Shown piece after piece: positions 1 through 12,915 of a stretch of DNA of 64,000 bases. The stretch lies in assembly GCA_951406725.2 (NCBI GenBank), contig OX597821.1, forward strand, positions 74,276,001 through 74,340,000, read 5' to 3'. The notes beneath the pieces were generated by a model. It saw only the letters and a list, made by a program, of their open reading frames with translations. It did not search any database and had not been told where the DNA came from. The stretch is from Octopus vulgaris (taxonomy: Eukaryota). Both the position numbers and the translations under genes were made by a program. Position 1 is the stretch's first letter. The number at the start of each line of letters is the position of its first letter.

Positions 1-18
1 ATGTATATATAAGTATAC

Positions 19-48
<30 letters not shown>

Positions 49-51
<3 letters not shown>

Positions 52-331
52 AATTAAATTAGATATAAACCACTATTAGGCAACTCAAATTAAATTTAAT
101 AATTACAAAATTAAAAAATTTATAAATTTAAAAATTTTTTAAAAATATAAAAATTTAAGGATATAAAAATAAAAAAAAATGAAATTTTAATAATTTAAAT
201 TTTAAATTTTATATTTTATACATATATTATATATTATATAAATTATATTTATTTTTTATTTTTTATGTTTTGGTTTATGTCTATCACTGTTTGAGTTGCC
301 TAATAGTGGTTTTATCTCTAATTTAATTTAT
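49..331. repeat. Inverted repeat pair (arms ~49-99 and ~291-331) around an extremely AT-rich spacer; probable Penelope-like terminal remnant
   Basis: taaattaaattagatataaaccactattaggcaactcaa matches the reverse complement of ttgagttgcctaatagtggttttatctctaatttaattta with ~2 differences; PLE assignment is inference. Confidence 0.65.
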
Positions 332-400
332 ATTTATACTGTGAAATTTGATTTAATCCAAAATCTAATTTTTCCCTGTAAGTTTGGATATACTCCCTAA

Positions 401-485
<85 letters not shown>

Positions 486-739
486 TAAATATATATATAT
501 ATATACATGTATATACATACATGTATATATATATATATGTATACATATACAAGTATATATATGTATATATGGATACACATACATATATATACGTATATAG
601 ACATAGATATACACAATCAAAGACTCAGACATGCACTCATACACACATACACACACATTATTCTATCTATCTATTTGTTTATCTATCTGCCTATCTATCT
701 CTCAATGTATCTATCTATCTATCCGTCTATTTGTCTGTC

Positions 740-825
<86 letters not shown>

Positions 826-1149
826 CTAAACTATGTAACCAAGTCTCGCATTACTTGAAGATTCGTAGACGTAAATTTCTACGTCTGACGTGTGAAACTC
901 GTAAGGTGGGAAAATAAAGAAAAAAAAATGGCTTCAGAGTGAGAAAGTGTAAGGGCGTACGTTGGTCGGTTAAACTTACGTGTTGAAGTTGAAAGGACAT
1001 CGGCGATAAATATTGTTATGTGATAATCTAATACGGTTAGACGGACAGGAAACTGTCACCAGCTCTTCTTTTGTTACTGAGAGGTGAGACATGTATCACC
1101 GCTACCTCTGCTCTTCTGGCCAAGGTTTAAAGACTACCGAAATCAGGTT

Positions 1150-1840
1150 ACTTGGTCGTACATTGTAAGCAGTTACATTTCTTTCTGGTACTTGCTGTTG
1201 CTGTTGAGCGAACGGTCTTCGTCTCAGAGCTCGCAAGATGGAAGAAGTCCGAAATGTGGTCCTTTGCTATTCGTAAGACCCGCACAAGAGAAAGCAGGTC
1301 AACCTCCGACACTGAGAGCATTGACGGATGGAAGAATGCGCATCCAGGCTCAACGGTTGCGTAGGAAGTCGGGGACAAGAAACAGGAAGAAAGAGTGAGA
1401 GAAAGTTAAGGCGAAAGAGTACAGCAGGGTTCGCCACCCCACACCCCTGCCGGAGCCTCGTGGAGCTTTATGTGTTTTCGCTCAATAAACACACACAACA
1501 CCCGGTCTGGGAATCGAAACTGCGATCCTCTGATCGCGAGTCCGTTGCCCTAACCACTGGACCATTGCGCCTCCACTTTCCGGTGCTAGTCAATAGTAGC
1601 CAAAGCTGGTGGCCGGCGGAAGCGAGAAATGTTATTATGAGCCAGCAGTGACTATCATACATTTGTATATATCTTGTGTAGTTTTAAACTGGTTTTTTAT
1701 AGATTATAGCGGACAATGATTAAAAGTTAAGACGTTTCTTTAATGGCAACATAATGTTAGGTGTGTTTCCTGGATATTGCAATATGCGTAATTTCTCAGG
1801 GAGGTACAATTGGAAAATACGGATTCTAGGTGAGTAAAGA
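1150..1840 (+). pseudogene. Possible highly decayed RTE-type LINE AP-endonuclease fragment, interrupted by a SINE at 1375-1576
   Basis: Translated pieces ERTVFVSELAR, FAIRK and GTIGKYG resemble the RTE endonuclease motifs ERRTALVARELAR, GVGFAI and GxIGxHG; many lesions. Confidence 0.35.
1375..1576 (-). mobile_element. tRNA-derived SINE, family C
   Basis: Reverse complement begins ggaggcgcaatggtccagtggttagggc (A box) ... gtttcgattcccagacc (B box); homologous to 23216-23514 and 63458-63650. Confidence 0.85.
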
Positions 1841-1887
1841 AGATACTATCAAGGATGCTTCCTATGATATTTCTTGCTGTGTTGTTT

Positions 1888-2423
1888 TCACACAGAAACA
1901 CACACAATTATACAGACCGGCACACTTGTTGGAACGATGTTATCTTGGCTCGAGAAGCTAATCTTGAAGTTATAGCCATTAAAACATTGTACACTACTCG
2001 AGAGAAGACCACATATACGCAGACACTATCCAATACTCCAAGTAAATTTCTTGTGTTGTTTTCTGGCATCAGCAGACTCTGGATGAAGTTGTACAGATAA
2101 GTGGAGTTAACCTCATCCTCTGGATTTTTGTGTTCTGTAGTGTATCTTTGAAACTATTGTTTCTTGTAGTATCTTGCAATATCAAAGTTGTGAGAGTGGA
2201 TCTGTAAAATATAACATTTGAAAGGCAGAATCCTTCACTGGACGGTTGGTAGGATTTCAACAATTTTAGTTAGAGTATTTGATAGTGTCTGCGTATGTGT
2301 GGTCTTTTCCGGTGTAGTGTACAATGTTTTAATGGCTATAACTTCAAGATTAGCTTCTCCAGCCTAGATAACATCGCTCTAACAAGTGTGCCGGTCTATA
2401 TAAATGTGTGTGTTTCTGTGTGA
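1888..2423. repeat. Long inverted repeat (arms ~1888-2038 and ~2273-2423, ~150 bp) with unique spacer
   Basis: e.g. gaagctaatcttgaagttatagccattaaaacattgtacactac vs gtagtgtacaatgttttaatggctataacttcaagattagcttc; arms roughly 85-90% identical by eye. Confidence 0.85.
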
Positions 2424-3019
2424 GTATATACTTTACTTAATGGTTCTTTGTTTCCCGTCAGTTTCAATATCGCTATTGTTTGTTATGACGGGGGCCGTCT
2501 AATTATTCTTCTGATATTTCTCTAATGATAATATCTCAAATTATCTCATATAATCTTAGACAATGAATATTAAAACTAAATTATCTAAATAATAGAACTA
2601 ATTAAATTTGCATGAATTTCTTCATGCTAGAAAACATAGACTCTCTGCAAAAAGTTTAATGCCAACAATTGATTTTTTCTTTTAAGTTGTCAAGATAATT
2701 TATTTTCTCCTATCAATGGAATTCTTCCTTCCTGATTATCGGTAGTGAAAGCCATTCACTAGATATTGACAATAATAATAAAACTGAACAGCACTGCTAG
2801 AAGACACAGTTATATCTCACTTCAATCGCAAACTCCCACCTTAAATACTTTAGAAGTACATAGGTCAATCAATCTACAATCAGTTCGCTGTGTCTGAAAA
2901 ATAAACCTTTCGCTGGAGTGTTCTTCATGGTAAGTCTGCTGGATGTGGCTACACAACAGTAATTGTAAACGTGTATGGACACTCATCTTAAAGAACTTTG
3001 TTGGTACAATACTTCAATA

Positions 3020-3327
3020 CAGAGCGGTGAGCTGGTAGAATCGTTAGCACACCGGACAAAACGCGTTACGCACTTTGTCCGGCTTTTCATTTTAGTACGG
3101 CGAGCTGGTAGAAACGTTACTACGCTGGGCGAAATGCTTTGTGGTATTTCGTCTGCCGCTACGTTCTGAGTTCAAATTCCGCCGAGGTCGACTTTGCCTT
3201 TCATCCTTTCGGGGTCGATTAAATAAGTACCAGTTACACACTGGGGTCAATATAATCGACTTAATCCATTTGTCTGTCCTTGTTTGCCCCCTCTGTGTTT
3301 AGCCCCTTGTGGGTAGTAAAGAAATAT
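3020..3327 (+). mobile_element. tRNA-derived SINE, family B (Meta-domain-like), with duplicated head and 16-bp TSD
   Basis: Head ggcgagctggtagaaacgtt, B box gagttcaaattcc, gcctttcatcctttcggggtcgattaaataagtaccag core; flanked by gtacaatacttcaata (3004-3019) and gtataatacttcaata (3328-3343). Confidence 0.85.
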
Positions 3328-3375
3328 GTATAATACTTCAATATTTCTGTTTTGTTTTTTTTGCTAAAAAGCTTG

Positions 3376-3650
3376 TGTGGCTTAGTGGCTACAGATATAC
3401 GGCTCACAACCGTAAAAGTTTGAGTTCGATTTCCAGCAAGGTGTTGTGTCCTTGTGGAAGACAATTTGTTTCACGTTGCCCCACTCCACTCAGCTGGCAA
3501 AAATTAGGTCAGCCTTGTTACATTCTGAATCACGCTCGTCTCGCTGAGACTTACGTTAAAAGCACGCATGCCTGTGGAGTGCTCAGCCACGTTAATTTCT
3601 CGAGCGGGTTCAGCTGGAACAATCGTCGTCGTAACCGACGGAATGCCAGA
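3376..3650 (+). mobile_element. Degenerate tRNA-derived SINE (family D-related head; tail shared with 55830-55985 and 63680-63825)
   Basis: tggcttagtgg A box, gagttcgatttcc B box; tail cctgtggagtgctcagccacgttaatttc...cgtcgtcgtaaccgacgga recurs elsewhere. Confidence 0.7.
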
Positions 3651-4740
3651 ATAACATAGGACCCAGTACTTTGGCGCGTGTAGAAATCAGTCTCAATCAA
3701 AGTACATTGCCAATGGTAATTGTAGGTTCTCTGAGTAATTGGCGCGTTTTAACGTTCCTGTTGCACGAGTTACAATATGACGGTCGCTGAAATATCTTTA
3801 GCGGGGAAGGAATATCCAGAGCAGTGATGGCCCGGGGTGGGGAAACTATGTAAATATAATTGTTTGAAATAGTGGTAAATGTGTGGGTGGGATAGAGTCA
3901 ATACGGGTAACGGTGACAGGGATGAAATGAATGAATAGGTGACATGATATAGGCCATGATACAAGAGGAGCCGGAGTTAGTGTCGTGTGGTGGAAAATCT
4001 AGAGAGAAAAATAGAAAGCATGTTCGTCGGGCGGTCGGAGGTTTAGTGATTTATGCAGTTGACACTAAATCAACGATGCTGGAATTTGCGCTGAAAATGC
4101 AAATAGTCTTATGAACTACGATAAAATAAATACTAACGCCTTTGATTATTAAATCTATAAAAGGTTATTGCTTTGGTATGTGTGGCAATATATTTTCATC
4201 TCTTATTCCTTTCATAAATATTTGCTTGGGTTAAAGATTAAACTTAGAAAACTGCATTGTGTTTCTGGAGAGTCAGACCGTCCTTATCGCTTTTTGTTTT
4301 TATATTCCTCGCTGTTGATGAATGAAAATGAAAATAACATTTGTTGACACTTGTCACAGAGATGAGGCTGATAAAGTATTCTGTCCATAAATGTATGTGT
4401 GTATCTGTGCGTGTATATATATGTATGTGCTTAAATACAGTGGTGTGTTTATTATTGTGTATGCATGTGATTGTGTATTCTTTGTGTATGTGTGTGTGTT
4501 TATGTATGTATGTATTCATTATGCCAGAATAACTATAAATATACACATTGGTATAAGTCTACAAAAACAAAAAAATGTCACTATTGAAAAGAACCTGGTA
4601 CTTCATAGAAATTTAGGACATCTTGAATTGCTGCCGTATTTACAGAGTGAAATCTCATCCAAAGATCCAAAGAGTTGCCGCAAATGTTTTTCTTCGCCAT
4701 CAGTAATCAGTATATATTCTTCATGAAAGTATTTAGAATT

Positions 4741-4875
<135 letters not shown>

Positions 4876-5466
4876 AAGAACAGAATGCTTAATTTCAAAA
4901 CTCGCATTGAAAGAGTTATATTTCACCATAGCATGGCCTGGACTACAAATGAAACTAATACACTCGAGAAGCGCTGAACGAGGGTCTCTTTTACGATTGT
5001 CACAAGAATTTCTCTACAAGCGCAATATTAATCTTGGTTCTTCAGAATTCCCTCTATAACCAGTGTTGTTATATTTTCCTCCATATTTGGTAAAAGAGAA
5101 AAAAGGTATCTCAAGCTGTTTTGTTTTTCCTTTCCTTCACGAAGGTATCATTACAACCATTCCGCTCAAAATGTCACATTCTTTAAATATTTTACATACT
5201 TATTTTCCGAATACTTCCATAGCAACAGACCAGTTTCTTTCTGTATGTTTTCGTCTTTAGCATATATTAATATAAATGTAATATTATTTTGCCTTGAGAT
5301 AAAAATCAATGAACAGTAAATGATTATAGCAAAAGTGCTGACTTTGTCATTTATAAGTTTTTACCACTGAAAATATTTATTCTTTTCCGGTTTGCAGAAT
5401 GATGAATATGCCATATTAACAATACAATGTTTTTTCGTATTGAAGGGCTAAAAACTCTGCCGGGAT

Positions 5467-5711
5467 CGCGAGATTGCGCAAATATTCGAAGTGAAAATTT
5501 ACGTAATGTTTGCGGTTTTACACATTACATTGGCACTACATCAGACTTGCATCAAAGGTGTGCCATCACATGGTGCTTCTTCCAAACATTGCCTGCAAGA
5601 CGAACAATGTGGAAGCGCACCTTTCATGCAAATCTGATGAAGTACCACTCTAATGTCTAAAACTGCAAACATTACGTAAATTTTCACATCGAATTATTGT
5701 GTAAACTGGCG
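5467..5711. mobile_element. Fold-back / MITE-like palindromic element
   Basis: ttcgaagtgaaaatttacgtaatgtttgcggttttacacatta...catcagacttgcatcaaaggtgtgc is mirrored by gcgcacctttcatgcaaatctgatg...taatgtctaaaactgcaaacattacgtaaattttcacatcgaa. Confidence 0.75.
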
Positions 5712-6226
5712 TTGCAGCGTTGGTAATGAAACAATTGTAACGAATCATTAAAGATGTGTTGAAGGATTTATTTATCTTCTTATTTGGATTATAATTCACT
5801 CTACATGATACGGTGTTGCCTTCATGAAATTAGGATTTTCTACACTCGAAGAATTTCGATATTGGTCTGGAATCTGACAATGTTGATGGCCCACAACCTG
5901 GGTTAGGTGTTTTTCTGGAAATAGCCAACCTTTATACCTTACCAGGATCTAGGACACACGCATGTGTGTGTGTGTGTGTGTAGGGGGTAGAAAATAACGA
6001 TCACCTAGACATACACATTACTACACTTAGCGATCCTGCTCACTTTGCATAGATAAAGAAAATCGATATAGAAAATCCCAGTGTCAAGTACATAATTTTC
6101 GGGTTATGAACTCTCATAAAACCAAAGGATATAAGGATGAAGATATGAGGAGCGACTGTATTCGTGTTTATTTCGGAGTCTCAGTACGTACGTATATGTA
6201 CACATACATATGTATGTATGTACCTA

Positions 6227-6265
<39 letters not shown>

Positions 6266-6618
6266 TGAAGGCACATGGCTCAGTAGTTAGAGCGTCGGGC
6301 TCACAACCATGAGATGAGTTCGATTCCCGGACCGCGCTGCGTGTGTGTGTGTTTTTGAGGAAGGCACTTTATTTCACGTTGCTCCAGTTCACTCAGCTGC
6401 AGGAATGAGTTGCGACGTCACTGGTGCCAAGCTGTATCGGTCCTTTGTATCGTTTACCTTGTATAACACTGGTGGCTTGGAGAGTGGAGGCTGGTATGCA
6501 TGGGCGACTGTTAGTCTTCCATAAAACAACGTTGCCAAGATTTGTGCTTTGGAGGGGAACTTTCTAGGTACTATCCCATAGTCATTCATGACCGAAGGGG
6601 GCATTTAGTCTTTACCCT
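6266..6618 (+). mobile_element. tRNA-derived SINE, family D
   Basis: tggctcagtagttagagc A box, gagttcgattcccggacc B box; co-linear with 56018-56338. Confidence 0.85.
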
Positions 6619-6719
6619 ATACACATATCACTTGATCAGGTAATCGATTAGCCTATCAAGTGTTACATATCGCTGGCCATAATCCATTGTTTTAGTTGTT
6701 CAAATCATGATAACCCACT

Positions 6720-6920
6720 GGTTAGGCGACCGAGCCAAGAATCCCGCTGGATCTGAAGTCTAGTCCGTCACACGATGACCCATTTACGGCTGAGTGGACT
6801 GGAGCAACGTGAAAGTTTTGCTCAAGAGCACCACGCACCTCTCGGTCCGGGAATCGAAGCCACGATCTAACGATCGTACGATGTCCCCAGTCTCGTTCCA
6901 GTGCCCTAGCCATGCTCCTA
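6720..6920 (-). mobile_element. tRNA-derived SINE fragment (family D-related)
   Basis: gagtggactggagcaacgtgaaa...tgctcaagagcacc...ccgggaatcgaagcc is the reverse complement of the family D head and core. Confidence 0.7.
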
Positions 6921-7099
6921 CACACACACACACACACACACACACACTTACCCATTCACACACACTTACCTTCCAACTCACACACGCAATCACACATAAA
7001 TAACCACATGTGAACCCTTTCTTTCCTTCTTGGATATACCTCATCTGCGCATTGTTGTTTTTTTTCTTGTCGCTTTTTCTCCATTTTTTTAAAATTATA

Positions 7100-7210
<111 letters not shown>

Positions 7211-7233
7211 TATATAATATTATATGTTGTATA

Positions 7234-7270
<37 letters not shown>

Positions 7271-7323
7271 ACATATGTATATATACATATGTATATATAT
7301 GTATATATATATATATATATATA

Positions 7324-8581
7324 TAGGAGTTGGACAAAATAATAATGGAAACACCTAGCATCATAGCATCATAATTTTGAAATATGTATAAAACAGTCAA
7401 AAGCTTGTTAATTTTTATGTTTTTTGATTAATTATTAGTGTTGCTTAATATGTTTTGCTAAAATTGCTGCTTCGTTTCAGATATCATCAGAAAACGGTAA
7501 TTCAAATTTATTAAAATGACAGATCTATCGGACTTTCAAAGAGGTCAAATTGTTGGTGCTCGTATGGCAGGCGCTAGTGCAACGAAAACAGCCAAAATAT
7601 TTGGTGTACCACGGAGTGCTGTCCCGAAAGTAATGACAGCCTTTCAGAAAGGGGGAAAAACCTCCTCGTCGAAACCCAAACTTTCAGATAGTGACCGTTA
7701 GGCTCTTACGCGAATTATTATAAAGGATCACAAAAGTACAGCTCGCAAAATTACTGCAGAGCTTAATGACCACCTCGAAAACCCAGTTTCCACAAAAACT
7801 GTTCGCTGGGAGCTGCACAAAGCCGGATTTCATGGGAAGGCTGCAGTCAGAAATCCATTACTTTCAAAAACAAAAGTTGCAAAGCGTTTAGAGTAGAGTA
7901 AAAACCTACAGAATTGGTCCCTAGACCAGTGGGAGAATGCTGTTTTCTCGGATGAGTCATCCTTTACCTTATTTCCGACAACTGGTCGAGTATACGTGTG
8001 CAGACATCCAAAAGAAGCATTTGACCCACTGCCTTCTTCCAACTGTTAAACATGGAGGAGGACCTGTGATGATCTGGCGGGGGTTGTATTTTGGAATTCT
8101 GCCGGCCGAATGGTTTCCCTTCATGGCAGAATTAAGAGTCCAGACTATTTAAGCATTTTATCGGATCAAATTCATCCTATGGTTGTGGAACTGTTTCCGG
8201 ATGGTAAGGCAATCTTTCAGGATGATAATGCACCAATTCACACAGCGGAATTTGTTACTGAAAGTCACGAGGAACATTCTAGTGAAGTTGAACTTCTTAT
8301 CAGGCCACCACAGTCGCCAGATCTCAATATTATTGAACATTTATGGTGCATTTTAGAAAAACAAGGAAGAAGTCGATATCCTCCACCATCATCACTACAA
8401 GAACTGGAGACTGTTTTAGCTGAAGAATGGACAAAAATTCCTTTGGAAACAATTGAAACTTTGTACGAGCCCATACCTCGTAGAATTCAAGCTGTAATTA
8501 CTGCCAAAGGCGGTCCTACCCCTTCTTAAAATAAATTTGGTTGAAATTTTAAGGTGTTTCCATTATTTAGTCCAACTCCTG
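7324..8581 (+). mobile_element. Full-length Tc1-like DNA transposon (~1.26 kb) with ~30-bp TIRs and TA target duplication
   Basis: Left TIR taggagttggacaaaataataatggaaacacct; right TIR aggtgtttccattatttagtccaactcctg; TA on both sides; internal transposase. Confidence 0.93.
7516..8529 (+). pseudogene. Tc1-family transposase pseudogene (DD36E spacing)
   Basis: MTDLSDFQRGQIVGARMAG (HTH), FSDES (7945-7959), FQDDNAPIH and SPDLNIIEHLW; in-frame TAG stops at ~7699 and ~7894 and a frameshift near 8025. Confidence 0.92.
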
Positions 8582-10675
8582 TATATTTATTGAACGTGTG
8601 GTTGTGTATAGGGATGTTTACTTGCGTGTGTATGTAACGGAATAGGTGTGTTTGTGTATGCGCTTATGTTACTGGAAACACCGCTGTGTGGTTGAAGATC
8701 TGGATAGTTTCCTGTAACAGTTAGTCAGGTCCATATGACTTGAGCTCATTATTGCTAGCCAAACAAAACCCGTGAATTATTGAATGCTCTTACAATTTCT
8801 ACGGACGGAAAGACCTATATTTAAATACTTATAATCAACTATATTCTTCACTCAATTTATATTAAGTGTCCTTTTTTGTTTTCGCTGTTAAGCGTTTGCA
8901 TTATTGGGAGCAGGATTCGAAGAGCAAAAGTGTCCATCAATAGTCTGACACTTTATCGATCTCTAAACATCTACCAAGTCATTTGTAGGAAAATGATCAA
9001 AAGACCTCCCCGCCAAGACAATCATGTTTTTTGTATTGCTATTTCTCATTCTGTGCAACCAGGCCTTCATTATCCAAAGCATCCTTCCATATTCTAAGAC
9101 AATTGTGATATTTAGCTGTTGGTTCTCACAGATCAAGAATCTACATATTAGGCAACATTGTTGGCTTGATAAACTTCTACCAGTGCAGTAGATTGGATTA
9201 ATTTAAACCCTATTTCTGTTGTATTAAAAAATATTGTTCTAATCGATATTGTGTTTCGAAAGGGAAAAAGTGAGACAACGAATCAATGATTTATTAATTC
9301 TTTGTGAGGCAGTAATGTCGACTGTTCACACTGATCTAGCACTAATAGCATCTCGCTGTGACATCATCCAATTAGAGTTCCCATTTATATCTGGTGGAAC
9401 TTGAGTCATTTTACGCGATTCACTTATATTATTGAACCTGTTAGTAAGACGAGTAACAGACACGCATTTAATAACTTGATACATTAGAGCGAAAACAAAC
9501 ATGCAATACAAAAGTGGTTTTGTCTTTTCCTTTCTTTTTCCTTTTCATTTATTTATTATAGATCTACCATATTTAATTATTGTAGGTTTCTTTCAAGATC
9601 ATGTCATCAAAAAGTGTTGCACGGCTATATACTTACAAATGTGCGACCATCCATATTCGTTTAGTTTAGGAGAATTGCCTATGCAAATTGAACGAACAAA
9701 CTCTTTAAGTCTATCTATCACACATATAGCTGGCACTATATTTTACATATCTAATTGGTATCATATTCCTGTGTGAAACCATAAAATAGATTTCCACGGC
9801 ACCGCTTAATTGATGCTGTGAGTTTTATCCAGGTTGATTTACATAACATTTGAAGTTGTCAAAGTTACATGCAAGACCCATTTTACATTTTCTATTGTTG
9901 CTTCTTTTTGTTTTTTGTTTTTTTTTTATTATTATTACTTTGCGCATTTTGCTGGGATATTTTTTTTTCATTAAAGTAATGAAATTAAATGCCATTATTC
10001 GATAATATATTCCATTTAGTGTTCGATGACGTCTTTCTTGATATATCGCAGTTATTATACTATAAATAGTGGGTGGAGAAGAATGTCTCTTATGTCTGTG
10101 GAACGAGCTGGTGACAACGCCACTGATGTTGCAGGAACCTCATGAAAACTGGCAATATTGTTCTCTGAACTTTAGGGTGATCTGAAAATATATAAAAGTG
10201 GACAAGGTTTAAGGTGGACAAAATGAATATGAGACATATTTAAGCTTTACTGTGACACATACAGTGCTTCGGTTACCAGGTTTTAGATGTCATGTAACAA
10301 CTATGTCAGTAAAAATACATAAAATATAGAAACTATTTCTCCTCCCCCCACACGACTCCTCTCTCTCTCTTATGCACACGCGAATACACAAATGTATACA
10401 TAAAATAAATGTATGCGTGTGTGTACGTATATATATATAAGTACTATGATTTTGATTTGATTTTGATTTTTACAGTTTCAGCTAATGAGCTGTGGCCATG
10501 CTGGGGCACCGCCATTTGGTTTGCTACACGATTTTACCTCACGGATGCTTTTTAGCAAACGCCATCTGATGCATGAGAGAGTTCGATGCAGCTGCCCTCA
10601 TCTGCACCTATATAATATAAGTAATATATATATATATAATATATGTGATATATATATAGTATACATATATATATG

Positions 10676-10722
<47 letters not shown>

Positions 10723-10729
10723 GCTTATA

Positions 10730-11594
10730 GGGGTACGGGACGTCACCAACAGTAAAGAAAATGAAATACAAAAACAATGAGTTCAGTACGCAAAAACGAG
10801 AGAAACAAATTGAAAACAGGACAAGTAACGCAAAGAACGTCCCTTTATCAGTTGTCGGCTCTCTATCTACTCTTAATTTCGAATATTGAACGACAATATG
10901 AGTCTCCGAAGACATTTGCTCCCGCAAGTACCAAAATAAAATTTGCGATTTATGGAGGGTCAAAGTTGGGAACAAAAACAGGACAGTGGAGGCATGCAAA
11001 GAAAGCGAACGAAAGCAAACCTGGACGGTCGTTAAACCAGAATGTGGGTAAAATAGCGAACGCTGGAGGATTCTCGAAAAATATTTTTTCAATGGCCAGC
11101 ATATTAAAAAATACCTTTAACGGTTAAATTTATAAACAATTCATAAATGAGGGTAAAGGAAAAAAATTCTAATGCCAAATATGCCGAAAAATTGGACATA
11201 TTGTCCATTAACCATATAATTTTTTCACAATACGCACGCTACTCGAAAAAAAGTTTCGACAGAAATTTCTAAAAAATTCCATTATTACCATATCGAACCG
11301 ATTTCAGAGTTAGCTACTAAGAGCCCTCTCTTCGTCAGTGATACATGTGGCAAAAGAAATAAATGAGATACTTACTCGCCACATGTAAGTATCACTGACG
11401 AAGAGAGGGCTCTTAGTAGCTAACTCTGAAATCGGTCCGATATGGTAATAATGGAATTATTTAGAAATTTCTGTCGACCTTTTTTCGAGTAGCGTGCGTA
11501 TTGTGAAAAAATTATATGGTTAATGGACAATATGTCCAATTTTTCGGCATATTTGGCATTAGAATTTTTTTTCCTTTGCCCTCATTTATGAATT
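10730..11594. mobile_element. Non-coding Penelope-like terminal repeat complex ending in a ~205-bp head-to-head inverted duplication (11138-11344 / 11389-11594)
   Basis: Arms ~97% identical and each has an HHR motif; 10730-10860 is the reverse complement of a repeat at 19520-19675 and 59010-59108. Confidence 0.75.
11389..11443 (+). ncRNA. Minimal type-I hammerhead ribozyme motif (mirror copy on - strand at ~11290-11344)
   Basis: gtatca-CTGACGA-agag[loop]ctct-GAAA-tcgg-TC-cgatat; cleavage triplet GUC; stem III near-palindromic (ACCGGU with one change). Confidence 0.6.
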
Positions 11595-11889
11595 ATATAT
11601 ATATATATATATACTCACACATACACACACACACATATATAGCAATCTGATGATTGCTTATAGCAATCATCAGATCATTATTATATGTTAAGAAAGGTGA
11701 TACATCCCTTGTATAAGAGAGGTTCTTAGGTCCGTGTCCAATGTTTCTGTGGAAAATTTTTTGATATATAGACATAGTTCATACCTCTTAGAATAATAAA
11801 TTAAATTCAGCTATTGTAATATTTAATAAGCAGTTACAACTTCGATATATATGTACACACACACACACACATAAATATATTTATATATA

Positions 11890-12019
11890 GGCGCAGGCGT
11901 GGCTGTGTGGTAAGTAGCTTGCTTGCCAGCACACATGGTCCCAGGTTCAGTCCGACTGTATACCACTTTGGGTAAGTGTCTTCCACTATAGCCTCAGGCC
12001 GACCAAAACGTTCTGAATG

Positions 12020-12067
<48 letters not shown>

Positions 12068-12250
12068 GTGTGTGTTGTGTCTCCCACCAATGTTTGACAA
12101 CCGTTGTTGGTGTGTTTACGTCCTCGAAACATTAGCAGGTCGGCAATACAATAAGTACTAGGCTTACAAAGAATAAGTCCTGGGGTAATTTGCTCGACTA
12201 AAAGGCGGTATTCCAGTATGGCCGCAGTCATATAATAGAAAAAAGAATGA
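11890..12250 (+). mobile_element. tRNA-derived SINE, family A (internal TA/TG microsatellite)
   Basis: ggcgcaggcgtggctgtgtggtaagtagcttgc head, ggttcagtcc B-box-like, tail ataagtactaggcttacaaagaataagtcctgggg...ggccgcagtca. Confidence 0.88.
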
Positions 12251-12364
12251 ATAATACATATATATGTACAGAGAGAAAGAGAGAGAGAGAGAGAGACAGA
12301 AATGCTGATCGATCGAATGAGAGAACTCGGATCTCACGATTAAAAAAATAGAGTTATATCGACT

Positions 12365-12407
12365 ATACACGCACATACACCAACACACACACACAGACAC
12401 GCACCCA

Positions 12408-12445
<38 letters not shown>

Positions 12446-12915
12446 ACACACACACCAACACATACACCCACTCACAGACATGCACACAAGCACACATATA
12501 CAGCAACACACACACACTCACAGACACGCACACAAGCACATACACACATCAACACATACATACACGCACACAAGCACACACACACATACCAACACACACA
12601 CACACACTCACTCACAGACAAGCACACACTCACGCCAACACACATACATACACACACAGACACACACACTCATACACACGCACACAAGCACACACACACC
12701 AACACACATACACTCACAGACACGCACACAAGCACACATACATACACACAGGCACACATTCACACACACGCACACAAGCACACACACACACTAACACACG
12801 CATACTCACAGACACACACACACAAGCACACACACACACACACTCACATACATGCACACAAGCGCACACGCACACTCACACGCACACACAAACACACACA
12901 CACACACACACACAT
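12365..12915. repeat. Compound degenerate (CA)n tract with higher-order units (e.g. cactcacagac, cacaagcaca)
   Basis: Directly visible. Confidence 0.9.

Noticed and set aside
318-917. ORFs rich in YI/IY/CV/HT/N/ER repeats here and throughout the track
   Set aside because: They are translations of (TA)n, (CA)n, (AAT)n and (GA)n microsatellites, not proteins
3780-4100. Possible CR1/Jockey LINE 3' end on the minus strand
   Set aside because: Only vague resemblance; no motif clear enough to call
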